From an uncultured Candidatus Poseidoniales archaeon (GTDB taxonomy: Archaea; Thermoplasmatota; Poseidoniia; Poseidoniales; Poseidoniaceae), in contig CAZPME010000003.1 of the NCBI GenBank assembly GCA_964587885.1, forward strand, positions 40,996-104,995: a stretch of 64,000 nt of DNA. The letters are read 5' to 3'. The notes under the pieces were generated by a model, which saw nothing but the letters and a program-made list of their open reading frames with translations, ran no database searches and was not told the DNA's origin. How positions within the stretch are numbered: position 1 is the first letter of the stretch; each line of letters begins with the position of its first letter. The position numbers were made by a program, and so were the translations under genes. Below, in pieces: positions 36,193-46,485 of the stretch.

Positions 36193-38874
36193 TTAGGCAT
36201 CATTGCAAAGAAGTAATATTGACTCGACTACCAAATCAACATCGGGAATGGTATAGTCTTCTAACGGTGGCGAAAATGGTACTGGAGTATCCAAGGCACC
36301 AATGACCATCGGTGCTGATTCAAGTCCAAAGAATGCTTCCTCCAATATTCGACTTTGAATGGTATGTCCTAAACCTCCACACCACTGACCTTCTTGTAAG
36401 ACGATTAGCCGACCTGTGCGTTGTACACTAGCAACGCAGGTTTCTGCATCAAAAGGAAGTATTGTTCGCAAGTCGATTATCTCGACTTGAACCCCTTCAT
36501 CGGCGACGATGTCCGCCGCTTTGAGGGCAACATGAGTCATCGCCCCCCAAGTGACTATTGTCAAATCCGTGCCGCCACGTATCGTTTGTGCCTTACCAAT
36601 GGCATAACGCTCACCTGATTCAACCGCAGAATTGACCGCATCAACCTCGACAATTTGATTGATATCATCACCCCAAGCAGTTTTTCCTCCCCTTAGCCCA
36701 TAGAGGCCGATGTGTTCTAAGAAAAGTACTGGGTCATCGAGTGCCGCGGCCTCGACCAATATGTCATAGGCATCTTGCGGGGTCGAAGGAGTGCAGACAA
36801 TTAACCCACAATCATTAGCAAACCACGTCTCAATCATATTGGCATGGAACGGACCTGAACGGGTCTTACCACCAAGTGGAATACGTACCGTTAATGGAAC
36901 TTTAGCGCCCCAGCGCCAACGTAGCATAGACGCGTTATTGACTAACGCGTTGAATGCTAGTGCGGCAAATCCACCAAACTGTATTTCTGCCATTGGCCGC
37001 ATTCCTGAAAGGGCAGCTCCTGTGGCTGAGTTGATGATGATTGATTCGGACAACGGCATATCGAGTAAGAGGTTTTCATAACCAGCATTTTTGAGTGGAA
37101 TATTCATCCCAAATGCGCCAGCAACTTCCATGTCTTCACCCATGAATACAGTGTTTTCTCCATATCTGTCGGCGATTTTAACCATCGCTTGTTGAATCGC
37201 CCTAGAGTAGGTCCATGATCCCTTTGTCGTGCCGAATTCATTCAAGGTTTCACCACTACCAAGTGGTGCTTGGATTGGCACACTTGAATCTTGTAAATAA
37301 CGGTCAAGATGCTGGCGATGAGTCTGAGCGTCGGAGATGCTGGTGACACCTTTGGTTACGGTGCTTGGGTCAGGCCAAGGCATAGCTTCGACCGCAGCAA
37401 TGGCCGCGTCGGCTTCCTCTTGCGCAAGTTGCTCAATACCTGTAATCTCTGATTCGTCAACTCCTAATTCTAGCAATAATTTGTGATTCAATACCAACGG
37501 GTCTTTTTCTTTCCAGTAGGAAAGCAAATCGCGATCGACATAACCTGGAGGATTCCCCGATTCGGCACCGAGGTACAAATCATCATGGTGGTGAGCGTGG
37601 CCACAGCCACGCATTGTCTCGACATGCATCAATGTCGCTCCGCCACCGCTGAGAGAAAATTCTCGTGCGGTGGCTGAAGCAGCATACCATGCCGCAGGGT
37701 CAGAGCCGTCGATTGTCCACGACGGCATGCCCATCGCAACCGCTTTATCAGCCCATAATTCAACCGCGGATTGATTACTAGCCACAGTATCAAGAGCGAT
37801 TTGATTATTTTGCAAGATGTACATTACCGGCAATCCGCGTACACCTGCTAAATTTAGCGATTCCCACCATTCACCACTACTACTTGCACCCTCACCAATA
37901 CAAGCAACATGGAAGCGCTCTTGTTCAGTTAATTTGGCGGCCAATGCTAATCCGGTAATCGTCGCTGAAGCAATCGGAAGTGGCGCAGTTGGCGGTAAGA
38001 CGCCGTGATTCCATGCCCCAACGTGGAGATCTCTACCACCGGCTGCTAATTCTGACCAGCCACCATCTTGGTTAGAGCCGGATTTACCCAATTGTGCCGC
38101 CATTATTCCTTGGATTGTATCGCCCATAGCTAGGCACAAACCAGCATCGCGAATCATAGGCCCTACAATATCACCTGAATATCCATTGATTGGACTCGCA
38201 TCTTTAGGAGATTGTAAATCTCGATTGAGCGCACTGGCAACAGCAACCACAGCTTCTTGCCAAGTTGAACGAAAGCCCTTGCCACCAAAACTTCCTCCAT
38301 CGGGAGTTGGTAATCCTTCCATGAATATCCGTTTCAAATGCTCATCCATGGCCCTTGTCCTCAACATCATCTCTTGCCACTCTAAGCGCAATTGCTTATC
38401 GATGGTCATGTAGTGAGCCACTCGCCGCAGTGCTAATCGTAAATCGATTAGGAAACGACTAGTACGGCGCTGTAAATGGAGGGTGAAATCACGTCGAGGA
38501 ATTACTTCCTCCGTTGATGAATCAGCATGTCCAACTGATTCTAATCGGGCTGACAAACCCTGTTCGATGGTTTGGCACAATCGACTGGAGAATTCATGCC
38601 ATTGTTGGCCATCCCAAGACTCGGGTTTTTCCTCGCCAACTAGGTGTTCCCATGCTGCACAAAATACTTGCAAGTGGCCATCGTGACGCTCAACGATAAA
38701 GCGCAGCACCTCATTTTTTGCCAATTCCGGACTCAATGGCTGACAAAAATCAAGAGCATTCTCTGGGTCCCATTCAGCCCCATGAATACGAGGAAGGTCG
38801 ATACGTTCCAATGACTCCACCAAAGCCAGCGAAGGGTTTGAGTTGTTTAAGTTCGCGATTGCAAAAATACTCAT
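36193..38874 (-). CDS. Fused 2-oxoacid dehydrogenase E1 alpha+beta (ThDP-dependent) with N-terminal extension
   Basis: ThDP motif GEGASSSGEWWESLN...QNNQIA; beta part MGEDM, DMPLSES, AEIQFGGF, GPFHA, PVLFLEH, EIIDLRTILPFD, DTPVPFS. Confidence 0.88.
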   Translation of the reverse strand: MSIFAIANLNNSNPSLALVESLERIDLPRIHGAEWDPENALDFCQPLSPELAKNEVLRFIVERHDGHLQVFCAAWEHLVGEEKPESWDGQQWHEFSSRLCQTIEQGLSARLESVGHADSSTEEVIPRRDFTLHLQRRTSRFLIDLRLALRRVAHYMTIDKQLRLEWQEMMLRTRAMDEHLKRIFMEGLPTPDGGSFGGKGFRSTWQEAVVAVASALNRDLQSPKDASPINGYSGDIVGPMIRDAGLCLAMGDTIQGIMAAQLGKSGSNQDGGWSELAAGGRDLHVGAWNHGVLPPTAPLPIASATITGLALAAKLTEQERFHVACIGEGASSSGEWWESLNLAGVRGLPVMYILQNNQIALDTVASNQSAVELWADKAVAMGMPSWTIDGSDPAAWYAASATAREFSLSGGGATLMHVETMRGCGHAHHHDDLYLGAESGNPPGYVDRDLLSYWKEKDPLVLNHKLLLELGVDESEITGIEQLAQEEADAAIAAVEAMPWPDPSTVTKGVTSISDAQTHRQHLDRYLQDSSVPIQAPLGSGETLNEFGTTKGSWTYSRAIQQAMVKIADRYGENTVFMGEDMEVAGAFGMNIPLKNAGYENLLLDMPLSESIIINSATGAALSGMRPMAEIQFGGFAALAFNALVNNASMLRWRWGAKVPLTVRIPLGGKTRSGPFHANMIETWFANDCGLIVCTPSTPQDAYDILVEAAALDDPVLFLEHIGLYGLRGGKTAWGDDINQIVEVDAVNSAVESGERYAIGKAQTIRGGTDLTIVTWGAMTHVALKAADIVADEGVQVEIIDLRTILPFDAETCVASVQRTGRLIVLQEGQWCGGLGHTIQSRILEEAFFGLESAPMVIGALDTPVPFSPPLEDYTIPDVDLVVESILLLCNDA

Positions 38875-40154
38875 TCTTCGTTTGCACGGTTCTCCATTTC
38901 AGAGAAATAACACTCTCTAAGGATATCTCCATAATACATGGTGATGAATAATCCTATGAGACATGGAGTTGCTAATGCTGCGAAAGTAACCGACCACGAA
39001 CCACTCAAATCAAGCATTATTCCTACTATTATAGGTCCAACTATCGTTCCTGCTGCCCACGCGGTTCCCGCCGCACCAAAGGCCAGACCTGCGCCACCTC
39101 GACCATAGGCTTGACAAGTTGCTGTATCTATCATTGGCAATACCGGAACTTGGGCGGCAGCAACCGAAAATTGGAATATCGCCAATAGTGCTATTGCAGA
39201 ATAAACCATCATCAGATTACTGGAATCTCCGCGCAAAATAATACTCGAGCCAAATAATCCTATACAGACTCCTATCCAACCCATTATCATATATCTAACA
39301 GGTCCTTTTTTGTCGACCAAACGCCCCCACCACCAACTACCGATGCCCTGGAGTAGTACCATTAGCAAGATTGTCGCACCTATCCACTCAACGGATAGAG
39401 AAAGAGGTTCAGCGGCTAAGAATAGTGGGCCGCCAGCCTCTAAGGCACCGGTAACTAATGTTGTCAAAAATACCAATGTACCTATCCTGAACAATACTGG
39501 ATTTTCAAAGAACATCCGTAATGGAACTTTCTCAATCGATTGCACAGTACTACGGTCAGCAAATTTACCACCGTCGATATCTCGCCACGCATAGGCTACC
39601 AATGGTATCGCCAAAGCATTCAATCCTGCTAGTATCAAAAAAGCCAAATCTTGACCCCAAGCAAATGCGAAGCCACCGACTGCTGGGCCTAACAGCCCAC
39701 CAATCATCGCAACTCCAAGCAATTTTCCTGACTGTTCGCCGAAATTATTCGGCCATAATATCGAACTTGCAGCAAATCCTGCGGTAACTATTGCGGCTCC
39801 CGAAAGACCATGCAATAATCTTGCCAATGCCAGTAGAATGAAGGCATTACCAAATATTTCACGAGTCGCCACCAAATATACCAATGAGGTAATTGATAGC
39901 ATGATTACCGAGGCAAGTATTACCCGTCCTGGGCCATATCTGTCGGTTAATCTACCAGTATAGGGTCCCAAAATGAATAATGGCACCGCCCAAAGACTGA
40001 CCAAAGCAGTCGCTTGGGTATTTGAAAGGTCGAATTGTGCTTGCCATTCTGGCAAAATCGGGACGATGAAAGCGTAGCCTAGAAAATCTACGAGAAAGGC
40101 CGACGTAAGGGCCCAGAATGCAAGATTGGGGCGTAGATTATTTGTATCCGACAT
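38871..40154 (-). CDS. MFS transporter
   Basis: About 12 TM; motif A GRLTDRYGP and GRLVDKKGP; IVPILP; ARLLHGLSGA. Confidence 0.9.
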   Translation of the reverse strand: MSDTNNLRPNLAFWALTSAFLVDFLGYAFIVPILPEWQAQFDLSNTQATALVSLWAVPLFILGPYTGRLTDRYGPGRVILASVIMLSITSLVYLVATREIFGNAFILLALARLLHGLSGAAIVTAGFAASSILWPNNFGEQSGKLLGVAMIGGLLGPAVGGFAFAWGQDLAFLILAGLNALAIPLVAYAWRDIDGGKFADRSTVQSIEKVPLRMFFENPVLFRIGTLVFLTTLVTGALEAGGPLFLAAEPLSLSVEWIGATILLMVLLQGIGSWWWGRLVDKKGPVRYMIMGWIGVCIGLFGSSIILRGDSSNLMMVYSAIALLAIFQFSVAAAQVPVLPMIDTATCQAYGRGGAGLAFGAAGTAWAAGTIVGPIIVGIMLDLSGSWSVTFAALATPCLIGLFITMYYGDILRECYFSEMENRANEE

Positions 40155-40163
40155 TTCATTACC

Positions 40164-41240
40164 TCACTCTTCTTCGGAATCATCTCCAGCGTCCTCTTCA
40201 TCATCATCTAAATCTAAGTCAGAAATACTTGCTAATGCATCTCCCATCATTTCAGTTGCATCTTCAAGTTGAGTCAGTAAGGTGATGTCTGCTACGGCAT
40301 CTGGTCTTCCTAAAGCCCATAATAATTCGTAAGTGAAATCGATTGAAGATTTAGTCATCTTCAATAATTCTGGGTCAACAGGAATGAGGTCTTCTTCGGC
40401 TGCATAAGTAATCCGGTCGGGGAGGTCATCAAGGACCGCATCAAGACGCCCTTCAATTTCCATCTCAATTGCATCTGCTTGGTTCTGCAGAACTTCTTCC
40501 ATCGTTCCACCTTTAGCCATCCGTTTACCTTTTTCTGAAGGTGTCGCTCCTTCACCAAGTTTCGGTGATGATTTCATTGAATCGTAGGTTGTTCCCCCGC
40601 CTGAAGAATCAAGGCCATCACCCATCAATAGCAAATCCAATACTATGCGTAATACCTCAGCAAGAACTGAATTATCAACTTCCTGACCGAAATCGATGTT
40701 ATCCTCTTCAAGTTGGGCCTTTAATTTCTCAACGAATTCTTCGTTTATGGATTCTGGACCGAGCAAACTTTGCAACATCGGTAAGGCAATGGAGCCATCT
40801 TGGGTGTTGACTGAAAGGCTGAATCCACCCTCGTCTCCACCGCGTGAGATATCAGCAGGTGGGGGGACAAATTGTTTCTTACTATGTTTCCACAACTGCT
40901 CAATCAATTTGGTCATGTTAAGTGGTTTTCCTAATACTTCGTGTACTCCGGCTTTAGCAGCAGCCACCAAATTTTCATTACCAGTATTACGTGATAGCAT
41001 GACGATACGGCATTTGAAGGCAAACTCCGGGTCCGACATCAGATTTGTTGCAGTATCTAAGGCATCGCCATTCTTCCATTCATCATCAATAACCACTACT
41101 TCTGGCATGGTCGCCAATGCAGTTCCCTCTGTTAATTTAAGGGTTGAGCCACGGGTTACATCAAAGCCCTCGCGCTCCAAAGTATTAGCGAGGAGGTTAC
41201 GTCGACCTTCGTTTTCATCGGAGATGATAATCTTCGCCAA
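40164..41240 (-). CDS. Receiver (REC) domain protein with acidic, helical C-terminal region of unknown function
   Basis: IIISDE, PEVVVIDD (phospho-Asp site), IVMLS, AGVHEVLGKP. Confidence 0.78.
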   Translation of the reverse strand: MAKIIISDENEGRRNLLANTLEREGFDVTRGSTLKLTEGTALATMPEVVVIDDEWKNGDALDTATNLMSDPEFAFKCRIVMLSRNTGNENLVAAAKAGVHEVLGKPLNMTKLIEQLWKHSKKQFVPPPADISRGGDEGGFSLSVNTQDGSIALPMLQSLLGPESINEEFVEKLKAQLEEDNIDFGQEVDNSVLAEVLRIVLDLLLMGDGLDSSGGGTTYDSMKSSPKLGEGATPSEKGKRMAKGGTMEEVLQNQADAIEMEIEGRLDAVLDDLPDRITYAAEEDLIPVDPELLKMTKSSIDFTYELLWALGRPDAVADITLLTQLEDATEMMGDALASISDLDLDDDEEDAGDDSEEE

Positions 41241-41322
41241 ACCAAACCCCCCTCAAACGTCTCGTTTGCAAACGCCAACATGAATGTTCTCGGTGATTTA
41301 GGTTCTAATTAGGGCATTCCAA

Positions 41323-42495
41323 CTAATAGCGTGGAACGCTAGAATCTACCTCAAGCGACCAAGCATTGATGCCACCGGCCAAATTATACAGTCTTGAACC
41401 ATCAATTCCCAAGCCAATCAACATTGTAATCGCCATCATTGAGCGGCCACCATGGTGGCAATGAACCACAATATCCCCTTCTGCGGGCAACAATTCCAAT
41501 GCTTGGTCAATGGAATTATGAGGGATCAGTGCATCAACTCTCTCAAGTTTGGCAATTTCTGATTCCGCTGTGCTGCGAACATCGAGAACAAAGGGTTGCC
41601 AACCTTGTTTCATTTTCTCAGCGACTTCGGTAGGAGTAATCTCACTAAACATTGTTTCATCTCCCTCCTCATCTAGTCCATCAACTTGTTCACTGCTCGA
41701 CTTAGAAGAATTACTGGCACAAAACTCCTCTACATCACTAAGTTCTGTTACCGCTTGACGGTTTGGGTCACGACTAATTTGTAGACCTCTAAATCGGGTT
41801 TCCAATGCATCGTAGACCAATAGGATCCCAGAAATTGAATCTCCTATTCCCAAGATTGTTTTTACCACTTCATTGGCTTGTAGACTCCCAATTACTGCTG
41901 GAAGAACTCCGAGAACTCCGCCTTCAGCACATGAAGGTACCATTTCACTAGGAGGGGGAGTGGGGAATAAGTCGCGATAATTTGGTCCATTTTGAAAATT
42001 GAAAAGTGAAAGGTGTCCTTCAAAACGATATATTGACCCATAGACCCATGGTATTCCGATTATTTCACAAGCATCACTAATGAGGTAACGTGTGGGAAGA
42101 TTGTCGGTGCCATCGACTACAATATCATAACCGCCAAGTATGTCAAATGCATTGCTGATATCTAGCCGTGTAATGTGAGGTTCGATAGCGATATTGGGGT
42201 TCAATGACTCAAGACGAGCAACAGCACTAGCGACTTTGGAAATTCCAATCTGAGAAGATGAGTGGATTACTTGACGTTGCAGATTTGATTCTTCGACCAC
42301 ATCGTCATCGATAATACCGATTCTACCAACTCCGGCGGCAGCGAGATACATCAATACTGGACTGCCAAGACCACCAGCACCAACTACACAAACCGAAGCT
42401 GAGCGTAACTTTTTTTGTCCATCTGCACCTACTTCTGGTAGAATTAGATGACGGGCGTAGCGACGCTTTTCCGCCTCGGACAATTCCACGCTCAT
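41323..42495 (-). CDS. moeB: MoeB/ThiF/UbaA adenylyltransferase fused to a rhodanese domain
   Basis: RYARHLILPEVG, VGAGGLGSP, SNLQRQ, DGTDN, PSCAEGGVLG; rhodanese HCHHGGRS, NLAGGINAW, VPRY. Start ATG 42495. Confidence 0.92.
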   Translation of the reverse strand: MSVELSEAEKRRYARHLILPEVGADGQKKLRSASVCVVGAGGLGSPVLMYLAAAGVGRIGIIDDDVVEESNLQRQVIHSSSQIGISKVASAVARLESLNPNIAIEPHITRLDISNAFDILGGYDIVVDGTDNLPTRYLISDACEIIGIPWVYGSIYRFEGHLSLFNFQNGPNYRDLFPTPPPSEMVPSCAEGGVLGVLPAVIGSLQANEVVKTILGIGDSISGILLVYDALETRFRGLQISRDPNRQAVTELSDVEEFCASNSSKSSSEQVDGLDEEGDETMFSEITPTEVAEKMKQGWQPFVLDVRSTAESEIAKLERVDALIPHNSIDQALELLPAEGDIVVHCHHGGRSMMAITMLIGLGIDGSRLYNLAGGINAWSLEVDSSVPRY

Positions 42496-42534
42496 GCCCC
42501 TCGCATAGAAGAGGCGCACATCAATTGCACTGCG

Positions 42535-43464
42535 TCAATGCCCGTCTTCTTCAATCCAGCGCTCGGCATCAATTGCCGCTTGACAACCTTGACCGGCGGC
42601 GGTAATTGCTTGACGATATCGTTTGTCTACAACATCACCAGCAGCAAAAATTCCGGGAACATTTGTCATGGTGTCTTGATGATGTAGGATATAACCTTCA
42701 TCATCGGTTTCAACCTGACCATCAAGAAACGCGGTAATCGGCTTATGACCGATGGCGATGAAAGCACCTGTCACGGCTAATTCTTCGCTTGAGCCGTCGC
42801 GCGGGTCTTCTAAGACCGCCCCAGTTAAACCGCTTTCATCTGAAAGCCAAGATTTGACTTGCCGATTGGTCTTAATCTCAATTTTTGGATGTTTTTGCGC
42901 TCGGTCAAGCATCACTTTGCTAGCGCGAAATACCTCGCGCCGATGGACAACTGTTACCTTACTGGCAAAACGGGTCAAGAATGTCGCTTCCTCCATTGCT
43001 GAATCGCCACCACCAACAACCATGATTTCTTGCTCGCGGAAGAAAGCCCCATCGCAGGTTGCGCAAGTGGAAATACCGCGCCCTTTTTGACCCTCTTCAT
43101 TTTCCGCTCCGAGCCAAATCGCTTCAGCACCGGTACAGATAATCAATGACTGAGCCAAGAATTCTTCACCCTCGACATACACTTTGAAGGGACGCTCACT
43201 CGCATCAATGCGCTCGACATTTTTGTCCTCCACCCGCAAGCCAAATCGCTCAGCCTGTTGGCGTAATTGCATCATCATTTCTGGACCACCAATTCCTTCT
43301 GGATAGCCAGGGAAATTTTCAATATCACTAGTCAGCATCAGTTGACCCCCGGACATATATCCGGCAAACATAAGTGGATCAAGCATTGCTCTTGCTGAAT
43401 AGAGTCCAGCAGTATATCCAGCCGGGCCACTGCCGATGATGATTACATTGTTGATTTGTGACAT
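42535..43464 (-). CDS. trxB: Thioredoxin reductase
   Basis: GSGPAGYTA, GGQL, CATCDG, GGGDSAMEEA, FAAGDV, YRQAITAAG. Confidence 0.95.
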   Translation of the reverse strand: MSQINNVIIIGSGPAGYTAGLYSARAMLDPLMFAGYMSGGQLMLTSDIENFPGYPEGIGGPEMMMQLRQQAERFGLRVEDKNVERIDASERPFKVYVEGEEFLAQSLIICTGAEAIWLGAENEEGQKGRGISTCATCDGAFFREQEIMVVGGGDSAMEEATFLTRFASKVTVVHRREVFRASKVMLDRAQKHPKIEIKTNRQVKSWLSDESGLTGAVLEDPRDGSSEELAVTGAFIAIGHKPITAFLDGQVETDDEGYILHHQDTMTNVPGIFAAGDVVDKRYRQAITAAGQGCQAAIDAERWIEEDGH

Positions 43465-43565
43465 GGTGGTCTCCTAAAGCGGTGTATTAAGACGCATACT
43501 TTCAATGTTTACTTGAACAAAGCAGGTGTAACAAAGCCCATAATCAACCTCCTTTTCGCCGGTAC

Positions 43566-44126
43566 ATGGATGTCATCTCGCATTGGTTTTGGGGGATGGC
43601 ACTAACCCGAGGAAAAGTCAAGGGAAGATATGCTGGTTTGATGGGAGTCTTACCCGACCTGTGTGCCTTTATCCCTTCAACCATCTATATCATTGCAACT
43701 GGAAGAGAACGAACCAATGTAGACGATGATACTGTAACTGCAGATTTCCCTGAAATAGCTTGGCAGTTGTACCAAATTAGCCATAGCGCGATTTGGGCAA
43801 TACTGGCAATGCTCTCATGCTGGGCTTGGTTTCACTATCGAGGAGTGCCCAAATGGATGTCTACTGTTTTCATTTCCGAAAATGATGCCAAGGGATATGC
43901 TTGGTTGCTTTGGTTACCGTGGCTGGCGCACATAGCAGTAGATATCCCGACACATACACGGAGATTTTTTCCCACTCCCTTTTTGATGCCAATTAGTGAT
44001 TGGACCTTTGATGGAATTCGTTGGTCGACACCGATTATTTTCTTCACCAATGTTACTCTGCTAGTAATCACATGGGCGTTTATTATTGCCCGTGAGAGGA
44101 AAAAAATAGTGGACTTAGAGCATTGA
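43566..44126 (+). CDS. YdjM/DUF457-like membrane-bound metal-dependent hydrolase
   Basis: SH, LPDL, SHS, HIAVDIPTH and FLMP motifs in a TM context. Confidence 0.7.
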   Translation: MDVISHWFWGMALTRGKVKGRYAGLMGVLPDLCAFIPSTIYIIATGRERTNVDDDTVTADFPEIAWQLYQISHSAIWAILAMLSCWAWFHYRGVPKWMSTVFISENDAKGYAWLLWLPWLAHIAVDIPTHTRRFFPTPFLMPISDWTFDGIRWSTPIIFFTNVTLLVITWAFIIARERKKIVDLEH

Positions 44127-44513
44127 TGCGATGGCTGAAATCGCAGCAATGGAATGACTATCTAAGCGCGGTTCAATATGCTGAGGCTCAGCCCCAGGGC
44201 CAATGATTCCCAAGCCAACGGGCTTATCGTGAATCAATTGTAATTCAACGATGGTCTTGATTACAGCATTCCCCATTGCATTACCGTGCTGGGTTTCACC
44301 TTTTTCGATAATTCCTAAACAAGCAACGGCATCAATATCATCACGTGTAAGGAGGCGGTCTATGGCTAAAGGAGTCTCCATTGCTCCAGGAACCCAAATG
44401 ACCTCTGCGACTGCTAAATCATGTTCAGTAGCCGAAACTTCGGCGGTTGCCAACATTCGCTCGACAAAGTCGCGATGGAATGATCCACACACGATTCCGA
44501 TATTAGCGCTCAA
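44115..44513 (-). CDS. ribH: 6,7-dimethyl-8-ribityllumazine synthase
   Basis: VPGAMETP, DAVACLGIIEKGETQH, KPVGLGIIGPG; in the rib operon. Confidence 0.9.
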   Translation of the reverse strand: MSANIGIVCGSFHRDFVERMLATAEVSATEHDLAVAEVIWVPGAMETPLAIDRLLTRDDIDAVACLGIIEKGETQHGNAMGNAVIKTIVELQLIHDKPVGLGIIGPGAEPQHIEPRLDSHSIAAISAIASML

Positions 44514-45121
44514 TTTCTCGCCTCCATATATCTCTCAACAGTGTCGACAATCGCTTGGGTCTTTGCATCTATTTCAAGATTCACAGTAGCACCTATAGCA
44601 CGTTGAGAAAAGCAGGTGCGTTGTAGTGTTTCGGGAATCAGCCAAACCGAGAATGTTCCGGCTGGATTGGTGCTTGCAACGGTTAGAGAAGCACCATCCA
44701 ATCCGATGAAACCTTTTGGCAATATGTATCGCATCCATTCTGGAGACACCGAGAAAGTTAGCACGTAATTGTTATCGGGATGAGAGATTTCTACCACTTC
44801 AGCAATTGTGCTGATATGACCTGACATTTCGTGACCGCCGATTTCACTTCCGAATGTCGCAGCGCGTTCAAAATTTACCTTATCGCCACAACGTCGGTCA
44901 CCCAATGTGGTTTTTGCAAGGGTTTCACCAACTAAATCAAACTCGACTACTGTCGCGGAAATTTGAGCCGCAGTAAGACATACTCCATCAATTGCAATAC
45001 TTGCACCAACTTCAATTCCAGCCAATCCCTCGGCTGGAAATTTAACGTGTAATTTACTACTGCCGTCAGCAATTTCGTGTACGGAAATTTCGGCTGTACC
45101 TTGTACGATTCCACTAAACAT
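44510..45121 (-). CDS. ribE: Riboflavin synthase, bacterial trimeric (alpha) type
   Basis: N-terminal MFSGIV, GASIAIDGVCLT, VNFERA, IGGHEMSGHI, KGFIGLDGASLTV, LIPETL, VNLEID. Confidence 0.93.
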   Translation of the reverse strand: MFSGIVQGTAEISVHEIADGSSKLHVKFPAEGLAGIEVGASIAIDGVCLTAAQISATVVEFDLVGETLAKTTLGDRRCGDKVNFERAATFGSEIGGHEMSGHISTIAEVVEISHPDNNYVLTFSVSPEWMRYILPKGFIGLDGASLTVASTNPAGTFSVWLIPETLQRTCFSQRAIGATVNLEIDAKTQAIVDTVERYMEARN

Positions 45122-45567
45122 TACTGATCCACCTCACGTAACTCAATGATTCGTGCAATAATTTTACGAGTTCCATCAAGGTCTTCGGTCAATCCTTCCA
45201 CTCGACATAGTTCAATATGTTTCATATTGCGCTCATCCAAAGATTTCCGGATCCCAGCTTCAGCGTGCTCTTGGTCGTATCCCAGGGCGATAATATCTGG
45301 CTGTAAATCGGGTAAAATATCGAATATCGAAATCTCTGGAGGATTGCCAATTACCGCAACGTCAACCGGTTTGAGGCCCGCTACCATTCGGCAACGGAGG
45401 TCTTGAGGAGTTACTGGCTCGTGCTTACGCTTGCGGACTGTATCGTCGTGGGCGATGATGACAGTTAGGTGCTCACCCAAGGCTTTCGCCTGTTCCAAAT
45501 AATGTAGATGCCCAGCGTGCAATAGGTCAAAGACCCCAACCGCAAGTACTCTCTTCATCTTCCTCAC
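45121..45567 (-). CDS. ribL: Archaeal FAD synthase (cytidylyltransferase family)
   Basis: GVFDLLHAGH (HxGH), PDIIALGYDQ; inside the rib operon. Start may be ATG 45558. Confidence 0.88.
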   Translation of the reverse strand: MRKMKRVLAVGVFDLLHAGHLHYLEQAKALGEHLTVIIAHDDTVRKRKHEPVTPQDLRCRMVAGLKPVDVAVIGNPPEISIFDILPDLQPDIIALGYDQEHAEAGIRKSLDERNMKHIELCRVEGLTEDLDGTRKIIARIIELREVDQ

Positions 45568-45584
45568 CCTGCCTAAGACTCATG

Positions 45585-46316
45585 CTATTTATCTGCGGCG
45601 GACAATACCGTTTTGATGTCATCACCGGAAAGAAACGGTATTCCTCTCTCTTGAGCCCAAATTCTTGCATCTGAGACCGAGAGAGCTTTGTCGCCATCCG
45701 GCTGCAACATTTCCGCACCCATCACCACCGGTAGTGTACCGGCCAGTCGAGCAAGTCCTACGGCTAACTCGGTATGTCCTTCTCGAACTGTTAGTCCACC
45801 CTCTGACTCCCGACAAATCGGTATATGTCCCGGTGTGCGGAATTCATTTCCCAACGCCGCAATACTGGATTCTACTGTAGATTGAGAGTCATATAACTCA
45901 CCAAATAATTCCGCAAAACGCCGCGCTGTAAGACACCTGTCAGCGTCGGTGATCCCAGTGAAAGTATCTCGATGATTTAGCGAGAGAGTGAAAGCACTTC
46001 GGGCATCATATTGCAAATCATTAGTAATTAATGCAGCCAGCACGGGATTTGTTTTCACCAATGTAGCATCTGTATGCAAATCTTGGAGAAATGGTAAAGC
46101 GAATTGTTCGCCAACTTCGTGGCCAATTGCCAAGAATAGTAGCCCGCCACAGTCACTGCGCAATTGACGTATTTTCTCAGCATTGAGTGACTCGGCCGAG
46201 AATAACAAATCGGTTTCACCTTCACGAAACTCAGAATCGAATACACAGACCGGGTCACCATTGCGGAAGGCAGTGATTGCGGCGTTTGCATCTCCCATGG
46301 TATTGCGACCAGCCAT
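45585..46316 (-). CDS. ribB: 3,4-dihydroxy-2-butanone-4-phosphate synthase (archaeal type)
   Basis: FDSEFREGETD, YDARSAFTLSLNHRDTFTGITDADR, FRTPGH, REGHTEL, AEML. Confidence 0.92.
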   Translation of the reverse strand: MAGRNTMGDANAAITAFRNGDPVCVFDSEFREGETDLLFSAESLNAEKIRQLRSDCGGLLFLAIGHEVGEQFALPFLQDLHTDATLVKTNPVLAALITNDLQYDARSAFTLSLNHRDTFTGITDADRCLTARRFAELFGELYDSQSTVESSIAALGNEFRTPGHIPICRESEGGLTVREGHTELAVGLARLAGTLPVVMGAEMLQPDGDKALSVSDARIWAQERGIPFLSGDDIKTVLSAADK

Positions 46317-46485
46317 TCCCCTTTGAATACTGCTAAGTGCTCAAGCGCATAGTTAAAGGCAGACGGAATACAATGTTCTTATTCGGAGTCAAGAAAATGG
46401 ACAAATTCACATTAAAGAAAGAGAATCCAACAGCATATTGTTTTCAAGGGGTAGCCATTGGGCGCAAAGGTCACAGAGGGGGGAT

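Noticed and set aside
46320-46440. FMN riboswitch upstream of the rib operon
   Set aside because: No RFN consensus elements are visible, and a TATA-like box lies only about 25-30 nt from the ribB start, leaving no room for a leader.
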